A stretch of 64,000 bases of DNA from Callorhinchus milii (Eukaryota), in the NCBI RefSeq assembly GCF_018977255.1, contig NW_024704755.1, positions 17,794,001 through 17,858,000 on the forward strand, written 5' to 3'. The notes beneath the pieces were generated by a model that saw only the letters and a list, made by a program, of their open reading frames with translations, made no database searches and was not told the DNA's origin. Both the position numbers and the translations under genes were made by a program. Of the stretch, positions 1-11,344 are shown one piece after another. The stretch's first letter is position 1. Every line of letters begins with the position of its first letter.

Positions 1-845
1 GACAGCACCAGACTCCAAGAGGACTTAGACAGACTGGTAAAATGGGCAGAAACGTGGCAGATGAGGTTTAATGTGGAGAAATGTGAAGTGCTGCATTTTG
101 GGAGGAAGAATGAGGAGAGGCAATATAAGCTGATGGGACAATCTTAAAGGGGGCAAATGAACAGAGAGATCTGGGGGTCCACATAAGCAAATCTCTGAAG
201 GTGGCAGGACAGGAAGACAAAGCTGTTNAAAAAGCAAACGGGATACTAGGTTTTATAAATAGGGGCATAGAATTCAATAGTCAGGAGGTTGTGTTGAGTA
301 TTTATAAAATGCTGTTAGGCCTCAGTTGGAGACTCAGTTCTGGGCACCGCACTTTAGGAAAGATGTTGGGGCATTGGAGAGGGCGCAAAGGAGGTTTCCC
401 AGGATGGTACCAGGAATGAAGGACCTTAGTGATGAGAAGAGGTTAGCGAAACTAGGATTATTCTCCCTGGAGCAGAGAAGATTAAGAGGGGATTTAATAG
501 AAGTTTTCAAGATCATGAGAGGATTTGATAGGTTGAACCGGGAAAAACTGTTTCCACTGGCGGGTGGGTCAGTAACCCGAGGACACTGATTTAAGATAGT
601 TAAAAGAAACAGAGGGCAGGTTAGGAATTTTTTTTTCACCTAGTGAGTCGTCAGATCTAGAATGCATTACCTGAAAGAGTAGTGGAAGGTGATTCAATAA
701 CAACTTTTAAGAGCGAAGTAGATGGGTATTTGGGGAGGACAGGATTGCAGGGCTATGGGGAGAAAGCGGGCCAGTGGGATTAAGTTGGGTTGCTCTTTTC
801 GGAGCCGGCGTAGACACAATGGGCCGAATGGACTCTTTCTGTGCT
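1..845 (+). mobile_element. CR1 LINE 3' fragment (RT C-terminal region and 3' UTR)
   Basis: Frame-broken translations QFWAPHFRKDVGALERAQRRF, LGLFSLEQRRLRGDLIE and LFPLAGGSVTRGH are typical of the CR1 ORF2 C-terminus. It ends near a ttctgtgctgtatgattct 3' end. Confidence 0.85.
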
Positions 846-1330
846 GTATGATTCTACGTATGCGGATGACACCCAACTCTATCTCGCCGCCTTCACTCTC
901 AACTCCAGGACTGTTGATGTCCTGGCTAATTGTCTGTCTGACATCAAGTCCTGGACGAGAGTCAACTTCCTCCAACTCAATGTTGGCAAGACAGAGGCCC
1001 CGCTGCTTGGCTCCTGGCAGCGCCTCCTCACCTCAGCCACTGACATTATTACTATTCATGGCTGCACTCTTCACCTCACAGAGCCAATATGAAACTTCAA
1101 TGTCCTTTTCAACTCTCAACTATCCTTCAAATCCCACATTCGTGCTATGACCAATTCCGCCTTTCCCCACCTGCTCAACATCGCCTGCCTCGGTCACTGC
1201 ATCTCACTGCAGACGACTGCCAAGACCCTGATCCACGCTTTCATCATGTCCAGGTTTGACTACACCAACTACCTGCTTCCTGGACTTCCCAACTCTTCTC
1301 TCCACAAGCTACAGATTATTCAGAAATACC
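846..1330 (+). mobile_element. Degraded L2 LINE RT fragment
   Basis: YADDTQLY...NFLQLNVGKTE and LIHAFIMSRFDY translations, homologous to the L2 copies at 12175 and 41840. Confidence 0.75.
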
Positions 1331-1882
1331 CAAATCTTACCCAAAGATATTGTAAAATACATTCTCACCCAAAAGCAATAACCACAAATGATTTCCAACA
1401 GCACCCATTCTACCAGGTGGTGCCCTGTATGCTATGACTGCCTATTGTGGGTAGCGTGCTGGCCTCGCAAGCGAGAGGGCCTGTGTTCGGTTCCCGGACA
1501 GAGCGAAATGTTAGGCAAGTTTCCTTACTCCTTACACGCCTCTGTTTATCTATCAGTAAGTAGGAATCTGGTTGTTAGTCGGTTGGCGAATCGCTTTCCT
1601 GGGGGTAATAATCCTTTTTAAAAAAAATAATAATTTGATCACTCAATTCAGGACTGTTTGTTGGAACACTGCTGTGTGCAATTGGCTGCCCACAAAATAC
1701 ACAATCACTACACTTAACAGTATATCCTGTGAAGCTCTTTGAAACGTCTTGAAGACATGATTAGGAGCTCTATCAAAATGCAAGGATTATTATCATTATA
1801 TTGTCTATTTACTTATGAACAGATCCAGGTAAATTGAATAGCTAATGGCATGTGGAGTCCTGTAATGGCATGTGGAGGCTTT

Positions 1883-2105
1883 GTGGAGTCCTGTAGCTCA
1901 GTGGTTAGAGCACTCGCTTTGCAAGTGAGAGACCTGAGTTCAATTCCAGGCAGAGGGCGAAACCTTGGGCAAGTTTCCTTACTCCACACAGAGCCTAATA
2001 ATAATCCCTCCAAAAAACCAAAAACAATAATTAAATTGGTCATTTTCAATCTACGACTGTTTGTGGGACATTGCTGTGCGCAATTGGCTGCCGCGTTCGC
2101 CCACA
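1883..2105 (+). mobile_element. tRNA-derived Deu-domain SINE, 3'-truncated
   Basis: Head gtggagtcctgtagctcagtggttagagc (A-box-like) and gagttcaattcc (B-box-like), then the central tgtttgtgggacattgctgtgcgcaattggctgcc domain. Confidence 0.8.
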
Positions 2106-2749
2106 AAGGATCCTTACATTCAAATCTCTTCTCTCCATAGATGCTGCCTGACCTGCTGAGTGTTCCCAGCGACTTCTGTTTTTATTTCTGATTTTCAGCA
2201 TCTGCAGTATTTTGCTATTTATAAAAAATAAAATGTGCAACTTTCATACTGAGTCAGGCACTGTTGTGAAAATACGCACCACAAGCCCAAGGTTCTTAAT
2301 CCAGTGTGGAAAACATCAATCTTGAACTATCATCAATGTATCATCAATCTTGAACACCTTCAAGGTCTGTCTAAGCACATTATGTTATAGCTGATTATCA
2401 AAACAATCCCTGATATAACTGTATCATCACATGTGATTCCCCAGACCTTCGAGTGATTACCTGCACTGCCCTATAACCTACCTCAACCTCCACTAACATA
2501 GAACACTTGAAAATAAACAGCACCCAGCACCACTTACACAATAAAACAGACCGACAAACATACAAGGCTGTGATTGACCCTCAGAGACCTGATACTAAAA
2601 TTCACATAAGCTATTTATATTAATTCAGTTCCTGACTTGTATTCTGATTTTAATTTTCCCCCCATTTCCCTTCTGGACGAGCCCACCTCACATTTTTTCC
2701 TGGATAACCTCCTTAGGCTACAGTTATACTCTACAATTATCTGATTAAG

Positions 2750-4470
2750 CAACAACAAGATTCCATTTATAGTGCGCCTTTCACGTCGGGAGGACGTCCC
2801 AAGGCACTGGACAGTTGGGTCGGGACCCGAGAAGGGGGGAAATGCGGGACAGTACACGAGCTGCAGAGTTCTGAATGACCTGCAGTGTGGAGGGAGGGCC
2901 GGGAAGGCCGACGAGGAGAGAGTTCCCATAGTCCGGCCTTGAGGTGACAAAGGCGTGGACCAGAGTTTCAGCCGCGTGACGTGAGCCAATCAGGAGGGCC
3001 TCAGTTTTGCGCATGTTGAGCTGAAGAAAGTTGTCTCTCGTCCAGGACTCGATGTCGGACAGACAGCTGTCAGGACATCGGGGGTCGTGGAGTTGAGGGT
3101 AGAGGAGGAAAGGTAGAGTTGGGTGTCATCCGCATACATGTGGGAGTGAACCCCATGTCTGCGGATGATGTCACCACAGGGGGAGCATATAGAGGGTGAA
3201 GAGGAGGGGACCGCGGACAGAGCCCTGAGGGACACCGCACGAGACAGTGCGGGGGGTGGAGGAAAACCCGTGTGTGGAAACAAAGTGAAGACGGTGGGAG
3301 AGGTACGACCTAAACCAGTGGAGTCCTGTAGCTCAGTGGTTAGAGCACTCGCTTTGCAAGCGAGAGACCCGAGTTCAATTCCAGGCAGAGGGCGAAACCT
3401 TGGGCAAGTTTCCTTACTCCACACAGAGCCTAATAATAATCCTCCAAAACCAAAAACAATAATAAATTGGTCATTTTCAATCCATGACTGTTTGTGGGAC
3501 ATTGCTGTGCGCAATTGGCTGCCGCGTTCGCCCACAAATATACAGTCAATTCACTTTACGGTGTGTTCTGTGAAGCGCTTTGGGACGTCCTCCCGACGTG
3601 AAAAGCGCTATATCAAATGCAAGGATTATTATTATTATTATTATTAACCACTGAAGGACAGGGCCTTGAAGGTTGAGGTGGGAGGACAAGCGGTGGAGTA
3701 GGATAGCCTGGTCGACCGTATCGAATGCGGCCGATAGGTCGAGGAGGACGAGGAGGCAGAGGGAGCCCTGGTCACAGATGGTCAGGATATCATTGGTGAC
3801 CTTGACCAGGGTGGTTTCTGTGCTATGGGCAGCACGGAAACCCGACTGAAGGGGTTTGAATAATGAATGGGTGGAGAGGAAAGAGCGCAGCTGGGAGGCC
3901 ACAACTCTTTCATGGACCTTGGACAGGAAGGGGAGGTTGGCGATGGGCCGGTAGCTTGATAGCTGCGACGCATCAAGGGAGGGTTTTTTCAGTATAGTAG
4001 TGATGGTGGCAGTTTTGAGGGGAATGGGAACAGAGCCAGAGGAGAGGGACAGGTTGATGATGTCAGTGATATGTGGGGCAAAGAGGTGGAGCTGAGAGAT
4101 AAGGAGTGGAGTGGGGATGGGGTCAAGGGAGCAGGTGGTGGGTTTCAGGGACAGGATGAGTTTGGTAACAGAGGGTGGGGAAACGGGTTCGAAGGTGTGT
4201 AGGGGAGGATGGGTAGGAGTCGGAGTGTGGGAGGGAAGGGGTGGGTGGATATTGGAGGGGAAGTGACCGTGGAGCGGATTCCCTTGATTTTGGATTCAAG
4301 GAAATCCAGCATCTCCTCGCAGTGAAGGTTGGAGGAGATGACCTGCGCGGGGTGGCGGGGGGGACGGAGGAGTCGGGATGTGGTAGAAAACAGAAGCCTG
4401 GGGTTGTTCTTCGCCTGGAGTAGAAGGACGACTTGGCCGAGGCTAGAGTGGAGCGGTAGGTTTTGAGGAG
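2750..4470 (-). mobile_element. L2 LINE copy with internal deletions, interrupted by a SINE
   Basis: Minus-strand translations [30 protein letters not shown] and [15 protein letters not shown]. The L2 3' tail is at ~2750-2810. Confidence 0.85.
3318..3646 (+). mobile_element. Full-length young tRNA(Ala-like)/Deu-domain/L2-tail SINE inserted in L2
   Basis: Anticodon-like stem ctcgc-tttgcaa-gcgag (TGC), Deu-type core, L2-like tail gcgctttgggacgtcctcccgacgtgaaaagcgc, and an (att)n end. Short aacca/acca duplication at the flanks. Confidence 0.9.
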
Positions 4471-4737
4471 GTACACTGATACACTGATATTTCTCTCCCT
4501 ACTTCCAGGGAGCCAGTGCGGCTGAGCCTCCAATCAGGCGCTCACTCCTACAGTACAGAGTCAGATGCCTACAATCCTGCATGTGTCAAATTGATTTAAA
4601 TCAAATCTATTTTATTACTAGTGACACAGATTCTTCACTCCATCAGTACTGAAGCAATCTCAATGCAAGTCAGCCAATTGTTACCACTGAGTACAGATCT
4701 GATCATTTCCCCACTATAGCCAGAAGCATCCCAGAAT

Positions 4738-5045
4738 GTGGAGTCCTGTAGCTCAGTGGTTAGAGCACTCGCCTCGCAAGCGAGTGACCTGGGTTCCATT
4801 CCTGGCAGGGCGAAACCTTGGGCAACTTCCCTTACTCCACACGTCTGATAATAATCCCTCAAGAAAAAATAATAATACAAAATTGGTCATTTCAATCCAC
4901 GACTGTTTGTGAGACGCTGCTGTGAGCAATTGGCTGCCACGTTTCACCCACAAATATAGTCAATTCACTTTACAGTATATTCTGTGAAGTGCTTTGAGAC
5001 GTCTAGAAGACGTGAAAAGTGCTATGTCAAATGCAAGGATTTTTT
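4738..5045 (+). mobile_element. SINE, same family, more diverged
   Basis: gtggagtcctgtagctcagtggttagagc head with matching core and tail. Confidence 0.8.
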
Positions 5046-5989
5046 AAATTATAAATCCCATGCAAGTTTCCAACCTCTTGCTGTTCCCACATTTGATGAA
5101 ACTCCGACACATTGCAGCCTCTTATCCTCCCACCTTCTCAGTGGAGTTTTACGGAATGTGCCAGGAATTCCCGGCAAAGCTGCACGATTCTGAGGTGGGA
5201 ATCATACACTGTTTTCTTATTGTTCAGTGAGTAAAACCAGCAGGCATAGTTTAGTGTCAGAGCCCTATTAAAGTTTGGGTTTACTAGTGTTTTTCACTCC
5301 TGCTATGATCACTTGTGTTTCTTGTTTTATCTCCCTTGGACATTGAGCAAAAACGTGGCAATAGCAAATCCCATAGCCTGGGCTGCAGGAAAAAAGGAGG
5401 GAAATAACAAGCAAACAAAAGGAAGCAAAATGATCAAAGCTCTCCCCCAGTTCTATTAACACCACATTTACACTGCACTGACTGCAGAATGGGTTCAATT
5501 TGTACGAGGTACAGCAGGTGCCACGATTCACTGGCTGCTCGACTCTGTCTGGGAAGGGGGAATCTCCCTATGTGCTTCTCAACCCCATGCACACAGCACA
5601 GCTCATTGGCCTCCCAGGCAAACTGCAACTTTTAATGCCTGAAAGAAGCTGACAAGACATTGTCTTCAAACTGATGCCAGAACTGGTATAGCAGCCAGCA
5701 GTTCGTTTCAACTTAACTTTTCCATACATTCAAATACTTCTTAACCTAAAGCAGAAGGTCTGGAGAGAACACATTTAACAGTTTTATCTATATCAAAAAT
5801 AGACAATATCAGCTTAGCCTCACCCCATTTTCTGACATAGAATCATAGAATTATACAGCACAAAAGGAGGCCGTTTGGCCCACTGTGTCCGTGCCGGCTC
5901 TTTGAAAGAGCTATCCAATTTAATCCCACTCTCCCGCTCTTTCCCCATAGTCCTGCAAATTTGTCCTCCCCAAATATCTATCTACTTCC

Positions 5990-6660
5990 CTATTTGCCAA
6001 CTAACTTTGGCTCATGTAGCTCCCTCCACTCGAGCCCCTCCAGTCTGGGTTCCACCCTGCCCACAGCACTGAGACAGCGCTCATCAGAGTCACGAATTAT
6101 ATCCTCTCTCTCTGTGACCAGAGCTCCCTCTGCCTCCTGGACCTCTTCACTTCCTGTGATCATGCCATCCTCCTCACCGCAGTGGGGCTGCACTTTCCTA
6201 TTTCGAGCCTGCAATGGGGTCAACTTTCACACTAGTATGGATGACACCCAAATCTACTTTTCCTCCTCTAACCACCAGTTCATCAATGTTCTGTCCACCT
6301 GCTTGGCAGACATCAAGGCCTGCAAAAGCGCTAACTTTCTGCAGCTGAAGGTGGAGAAGACAGAAGCCACCTTCCTTGGCTCCTGCCAATGTCCTCTCAC
6401 CCGCCTCTCCCTCAGGCTCGATGAACAGTTATCCTTCCTACCCACATCCGACCAGGACCGCTTACCTCCACCTCTATGACATTGCTTACCTCCGACCATA
6501 CTTGACCCAATGCAGTTGAAACCCTTTCACCATCTCCTACTTGCATCACTGAACTCCCCAGCTCATAAAATCTAATTAATTCATAACTTCACCAGTATCG
6601 TCACCCATAACAAACTCCACACCCATTTCACCCCAGGCTCCACTGGCTCTCTATTGCAGA
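5990..6660 (+). mobile_element. Old L2 fragment
   Basis: FHTSMDDTQIY...ANFLQLKVEKTE is a degenerate YADD region. Confidence 0.6.
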
Positions 6661-7239
6661 ACAACAAGAAGATTACATTTGTATAGCGCCTTTCACATCA
6701 GAAGGACGTACCAAGGCGCTGACACCCGGATTGATCTCAAGATGCTCACACTCAATGACAAATCAATTCATGTCCTCGTAACTCTCCACCCCTCTACCCT
6801 CACAGTATTTCTAGTGACTGTGTATTTGTAGGGATTGCGGCAGCAAATTTGCACACAGCAATGTTCGACTAACATTGAGTAACTAACATTAAACTGAATG
6901 ACCAATTTTTTTTTTTGGGGTGGGGGGGGAATTTTTCTCCAGGACATCGTGAGAAACTCCCTTCTCTTTACAAATAGTGCCATGCGATCTTTATCCTACC
7001 CCTCAACAAGCCAACGGAGCTTCAATTTAACGTCTCCTCTGAAGGATGGCGCCTCTGATAATGCCAGCATTCCCAGCGCTACATTAAAGTGTTAAACTGG
7101 ACTGTGAGTTCAAAGTCCCAACTTGGGTTTCAACCCACAATGTTCTGACTCAGAGTTTTTTTTTTAAAAACTAAATTGGGTTGGTATAATTTAATGGAAC
7201 AGAATAGGCAAGTTCTTTATTTTGGCAGTGATAGGAGCA

Positions 7240-7562
7240 TAACTTAACAATCCTTGCATTTTATATTGTACCTTATCACGTCTTCGAGACGTTTCAAAGC
7301 ACTTCACAGAATATGTTAAAGTGAATTGACTGTATATTTTGTAGGCGAAACCAACAGCCAATTGCACACAGTTGTGTCCCACAAACATTACCACTGGAAA
7401 AGCGATCCGACAATCAACTAACAACTGGGTTTCTACTTACTGGTAGGTAAACAGACGTGTGTGGAGTAAAGAAACTTGCCTAACGTTTCTTCCTGCCAGG
7501 AATCAAACCCAGGTCATTCGCTTGCGAGGCGAATACTCTAACCTCTGAGCTACAGGACTCCA
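7240..7562 (-). mobile_element. SINE, diverged copy
   Basis: Reverse complement of the head (ctgagctacaggactcc at ~7545-7561) and of the tail. Confidence 0.75.
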
Positions 7563-7999
7563 TGACTAGTCAGAGTGACCAATGCTTGTGCTCCAATGCT
7601 GACCTTTGCTCAATGCAGGGCCCTTGCAGTAATTCTCCTTCAATCTATATTTCTGAGCATTGGTATAACTTGGTCAGCTATACATGACAAGTCCTTTCCC
7701 CAACAACAACGGTACCATTTGATTTTTCCAAAATCGTAATGACCATTACCCCATTTTATAATGACAGATCATTATCACATTATAATAACAATGTGTAAAA
7801 CAAAGAGATATTAAAAATAAAGTCCAGATCTTGCAGTTACTGAGCCACCACATACTATCACAGACTAAATGAGTTGAGCATGTTAGGACAAATTCACAGT
7901 CCAGGCTGACACTGTGCGTGCAGTGCTGAACGGAGTGCTGCATTGTCACTGTCCTTCGGATCAATGTTAAAATCTGTGTGGATGGATAATAAAGATTCC

Positions 8000-8024
8000 N
8001 NNNNNNNNNNNNNNNNNNNNNNNN
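8000..8024. other. Assembly gap (25 N)
   Basis: Run of n bases. Confidence 1.
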
Positions 8025-9712
8025 TGTGTGGGGGAGGCTGTGTTGGGGGGCTGGTGTGTGGGGGGGTTGTTGGGGGCTGTAGTGTGTGGTGCTGTGTGTG
8101 TGGGGGGGCTGTGTGTGGTGTGGGGGCTGTGTGTGTGGGGGAGGCTGTGTTGGGGGGGCTGTGTGTGGGGGGTGTGGGCTGTAGTGTGTGGCTGGCTGTG
8201 TGTGTGGGGGGTGGGCAGGCGTGTGTGTGTGTGTGGGGGGGGCTGTGTGTGTGGGTGGCTGTGTGGGGCTGGGGGCTGTGTGGGGGGGTGGGGCGTGTGT
8301 GGGGGGTGGGGCTGTGTGTGTGTGGGGGGGTGGCTGTGGGGGGGGCTGTTGTGTGTGGGGGGGCTGTGTGGGCTGGGGCTGTGTGTGGGGGTGGCTGTGT
8401 GGGGGTGGGGGTGGCTGTGTGGGTGGGGTGCTGTGTGGGGTGGGGGGTCTGTGTGGGGGGGGCTGTGTGTGGGGGTGGGCTGTGTGTGTGGGTGCTTGGG
8501 TGTGGGGCTGTGTGGGTGTGGGGGGCTGTGTGTGTGGGAGGGGCTGTGTGTGTGGGGGCTGTTGTGTGTGGGGGGGCTGTGTGGGGGGGGCTGTTGTGTG
8601 GGGCTTGTGTGGGGGGGCTGTGTGTGTGGGGGGGCTGTGTGTGGGGGGGCTTGTGTGTGGGCGGGGGTCTGTGTGTGTGGGGGGCTGGTGTGTGGGTGTG
8701 GTGTGTGGGGGGGCTGTGTTGTGGGGGGCTGTGTGGGGCTGTGGTGTGGGGGGGGGCTGTGTGTGTGGGGAGGCTGTTGGGGGGGCTGTGTGTGTGGGGG
8801 GCTGTAGTGTGTGGCGCTGGCTGTGTGTGTGTGGGGGGAGGCTGTGTTGGGGGGGGCTGTGTGTGGGGGGGGTTGTGGGGGGCTGTGTTGGGGGGTGGGC
8901 AGGCTTGTGTGTGTGTGTGTGGGGGCTGTGTGTGTGTGGGGGGGTGGCTGTGTGGGGCTGGGGGGGCTGTGTGTGGGGGTGGGGGGCTGTGTGTGTGTGG
9001 CTTTTGGGGGGGGGTGGCTGTTGGGGGGGCTGTGTGTGTGGGGGGGTGGCTGTGTGGCTGGGGCTGTGTGTGGTGGGTGGGGGTGCTGTGTGGGGTGGGG
9101 TGGCTGTGTGGGTTGGGGGGCGTGTGGGGGCTTGTGTGGGGTGGGGGCTGTGTGTGTGGTGGGGCTGTGTGTGTGGGGGGTGGCTGGTGTGGTGGCTGTT
9201 GTCTTGTGTGTGGGGGCTGTGTGTGTGGGGGGCTGTGTGTGGGGGGGCTGTGTGTGGGGGGTGGGGGGCTGTTGGGGGTGGGGTGGCTGTGTGGGGCTGG
9301 GGGGCTGTGTGTGGGGGGGTGGGGCTGTGTGGTGGGGGTGGCTGTGTGGGTGGGGGGCGTGTGGGGGGTCTGTGTGGGGTGGGGGCTGTTGTGGGGTGGG
9401 GGGCTTGTGTGTGGGGGGTGGCTGTGTGGGGTGGCTTGTGGGTGGGGGCTGTGTGGGTGTGGGGGGCTGTGTGTGTGGGGGGCTGTGTGTGGGGGGGTCT
9501 GTGTGTGTGTGTGTGGGGCTGTGTGTGGGGGGGGGCTGTGTGGGGGGGGGCTGTGTGTGTGGGGGGGCGTGTGTGTGGGGGGGGCTGTGTTGTGGGGGGG
9601 GCTGTGGTGGGGGCTGTGTGTGGGGGGCTGTGTGTGGGGGGGCTGTGTGTGGGGGGAGGCTGTGTGTGTGTTGGGTTGGGGGGGGGCGTTTGTGTGTGAC
9701 TGTGTGTGTCTT
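8025..9712. repeat. G/T-rich low-complexity tandem repeat built from gggggctgtgtgt-like units
   Basis: About 1.7 kb made almost entirely of G and T with recurring ggct. The long G/V/C/W and P/H/T ORFs here come from the repeat. Confidence 0.95.
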
Positions 9713-10634
9713 ATCGCCCAGTGTCTGTGTAGCTGGAGTCACTGGAGGAGTGGGTACTCTGGGTTTGGAGGCATAACCATATAATTTAATGACGATTTAC
9801 GCTTTACCCCACTGAGTCTCTCTCTGTCTGAATGTTTTGGGCTGCCTGGATCTGCCTCACCCTGGCCCTGTGGGCAGTGTTTATGTTGTATTTATTTCCC
9901 TCCCCCAAATTTAGATCTGATGTAATTCCAATGGTTGATTCTGCAAAACTGTCAAAGATTCTGACAATTTGTCACCAGCATCTTGCATCATCTATGGCCC
10001 TCAACCCTGGAAATGCAGGGATTACAACCCAATTCAATCATCCTGTTTCCAGAATTCCCTAAATTGCTGCAACAAGACAAAATAATTAATACTCCTTAAT
10101 TTCGTGTATGGAACTCCACTTCAGAAATTTCAATAAATTCTGGGCAATAAGTGTGAAAGTCTTGCACTATTCAAAGGGTTAATTCCACCCCTACATCTCT
10201 TTCCTATCTTGGCATGAACTCCATTGTTTGTATTGACCCTTTGGGCATTGATTGTTATATTTGGGGCAAATAGCCTAAGGTTTAGGTGTGGATGTTCTTG
10301 TCTGCAGTGTCAGAATTAACACTGCTGCGTGCAGTTTACTTTGGATTTGTGGTTTTCCAAAGGCTTTGGGCATCTAATTTTAAAAGAAACTTAATAAGGA
10401 TTAGTGAACGGTTATTGGAATAATAGTGAGGGTGATTTGAAAGCAAGAACTTGACGTGCTTTACAAAAATGACTGTCAAGAAATTACTTGTTTTTTCATA
10501 GATAACTAACGCATTTGCACACAACAAGCCCACCCTCTGCCTCCATTCATGAAGTGAAATGAAGATTCGGTGTTCATATTTCTGCAGGATCAGGATCAGC
10601 TCCATTTGTTAATCATATAGCATTATAGGTGTTG

Positions 10635-10925
10635 TATTCTCCTTGGAGCAGAGAAGGTTAAGAGGGGACTTAATAGAAGTTTTCAAAATTATGAGGGGAT
10701 TCGATAGGGTGAACAGGAGAAACTATTCCCACTGGCGGGTGGGTCGGTAACCCGAGGGCACTGATTTAAAATAGTTGTTAAAAGAAACAGAGGGGAGGGG
10801 AGGAGAAATGTTTTCACACAGAAAGTTGTTGGGATCTGGAATCATTGCCTGAAAGGCTGGTGGAAGCTGATTCAATAATAACTTTTAAGAGAAGTAGATA
10901 AGGATAAGTTTGCAGGGCTATGGGG
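10635..10925 (+). mobile_element. CR1 3' fragment
   Basis: ttctccttggagcagagaagg...ttcccactggcgggtgggtcggtaacccgagggca matches 460-590. Confidence 0.8.
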
Positions 10926-11250
10926 AGAGAGTGGGGGAGTGGGGTTGATCAGGGCTACGGGGAGAGAGTGGGGGAGTGGGGTTGATCAGGGCTATGGGGA
11001 TAGAGCGGGGGAGTGGGGTTGATCAGGGCTATGGGGAAAGCGGGGGAGTGGGGTTGGTCAGGGCTATGGGCAGAGAGCGGGGGAGTGGGGTTGATCAGCG
11101 ATCTGGGGAGAGAGCGGGGGAGTGGGGTTGATCAGGGCTATGGGGAAAGCGGGGGAGTGGGGTTGGTCAGGGCTATGGGCAGAGAGCGGGGGAGTGGGGT
11201 TGATCAGCGATCTGGGCAGAGAGCGGGGGTGTGGGGTTGATCAGGGCTAT
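10915..11250 (+). repeat. Minisatellite of ~33 bp units expanded from the CR1 3' region
   Basis: Repeated gggctatggggagagagtgggggagtggggttgatca-like units running on directly from the CR1 fragment. Confidence 0.85.
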
Positions 11251-11344
11251 GGCGACAGTCTCACTAAACTAGATGGGAGAGTAAGCTCTGAGAATGATGC
11301 AAAAAGACTGCAATGGGATATAGATAGGCTATGGGAGTGGGCGA

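Noticed and set aside
3318-3395. tRNA-Ala(TGC) gene
   Set aside because: The acceptor stem is not intact, and the sequence continues into a SINE core and tail repeated many times in the window.
7943-9784. Very long ORFs (613, 591 and 503 aa)
   Set aside because: They are translations of the G/T low-complexity tract, which lacks stop codons; one also crosses the N gap.
9832-10062. 76 aa ORF with a hydrophobic N-terminus
   Set aside because: No recognisable domain, splice context or paralogue; expected by chance.
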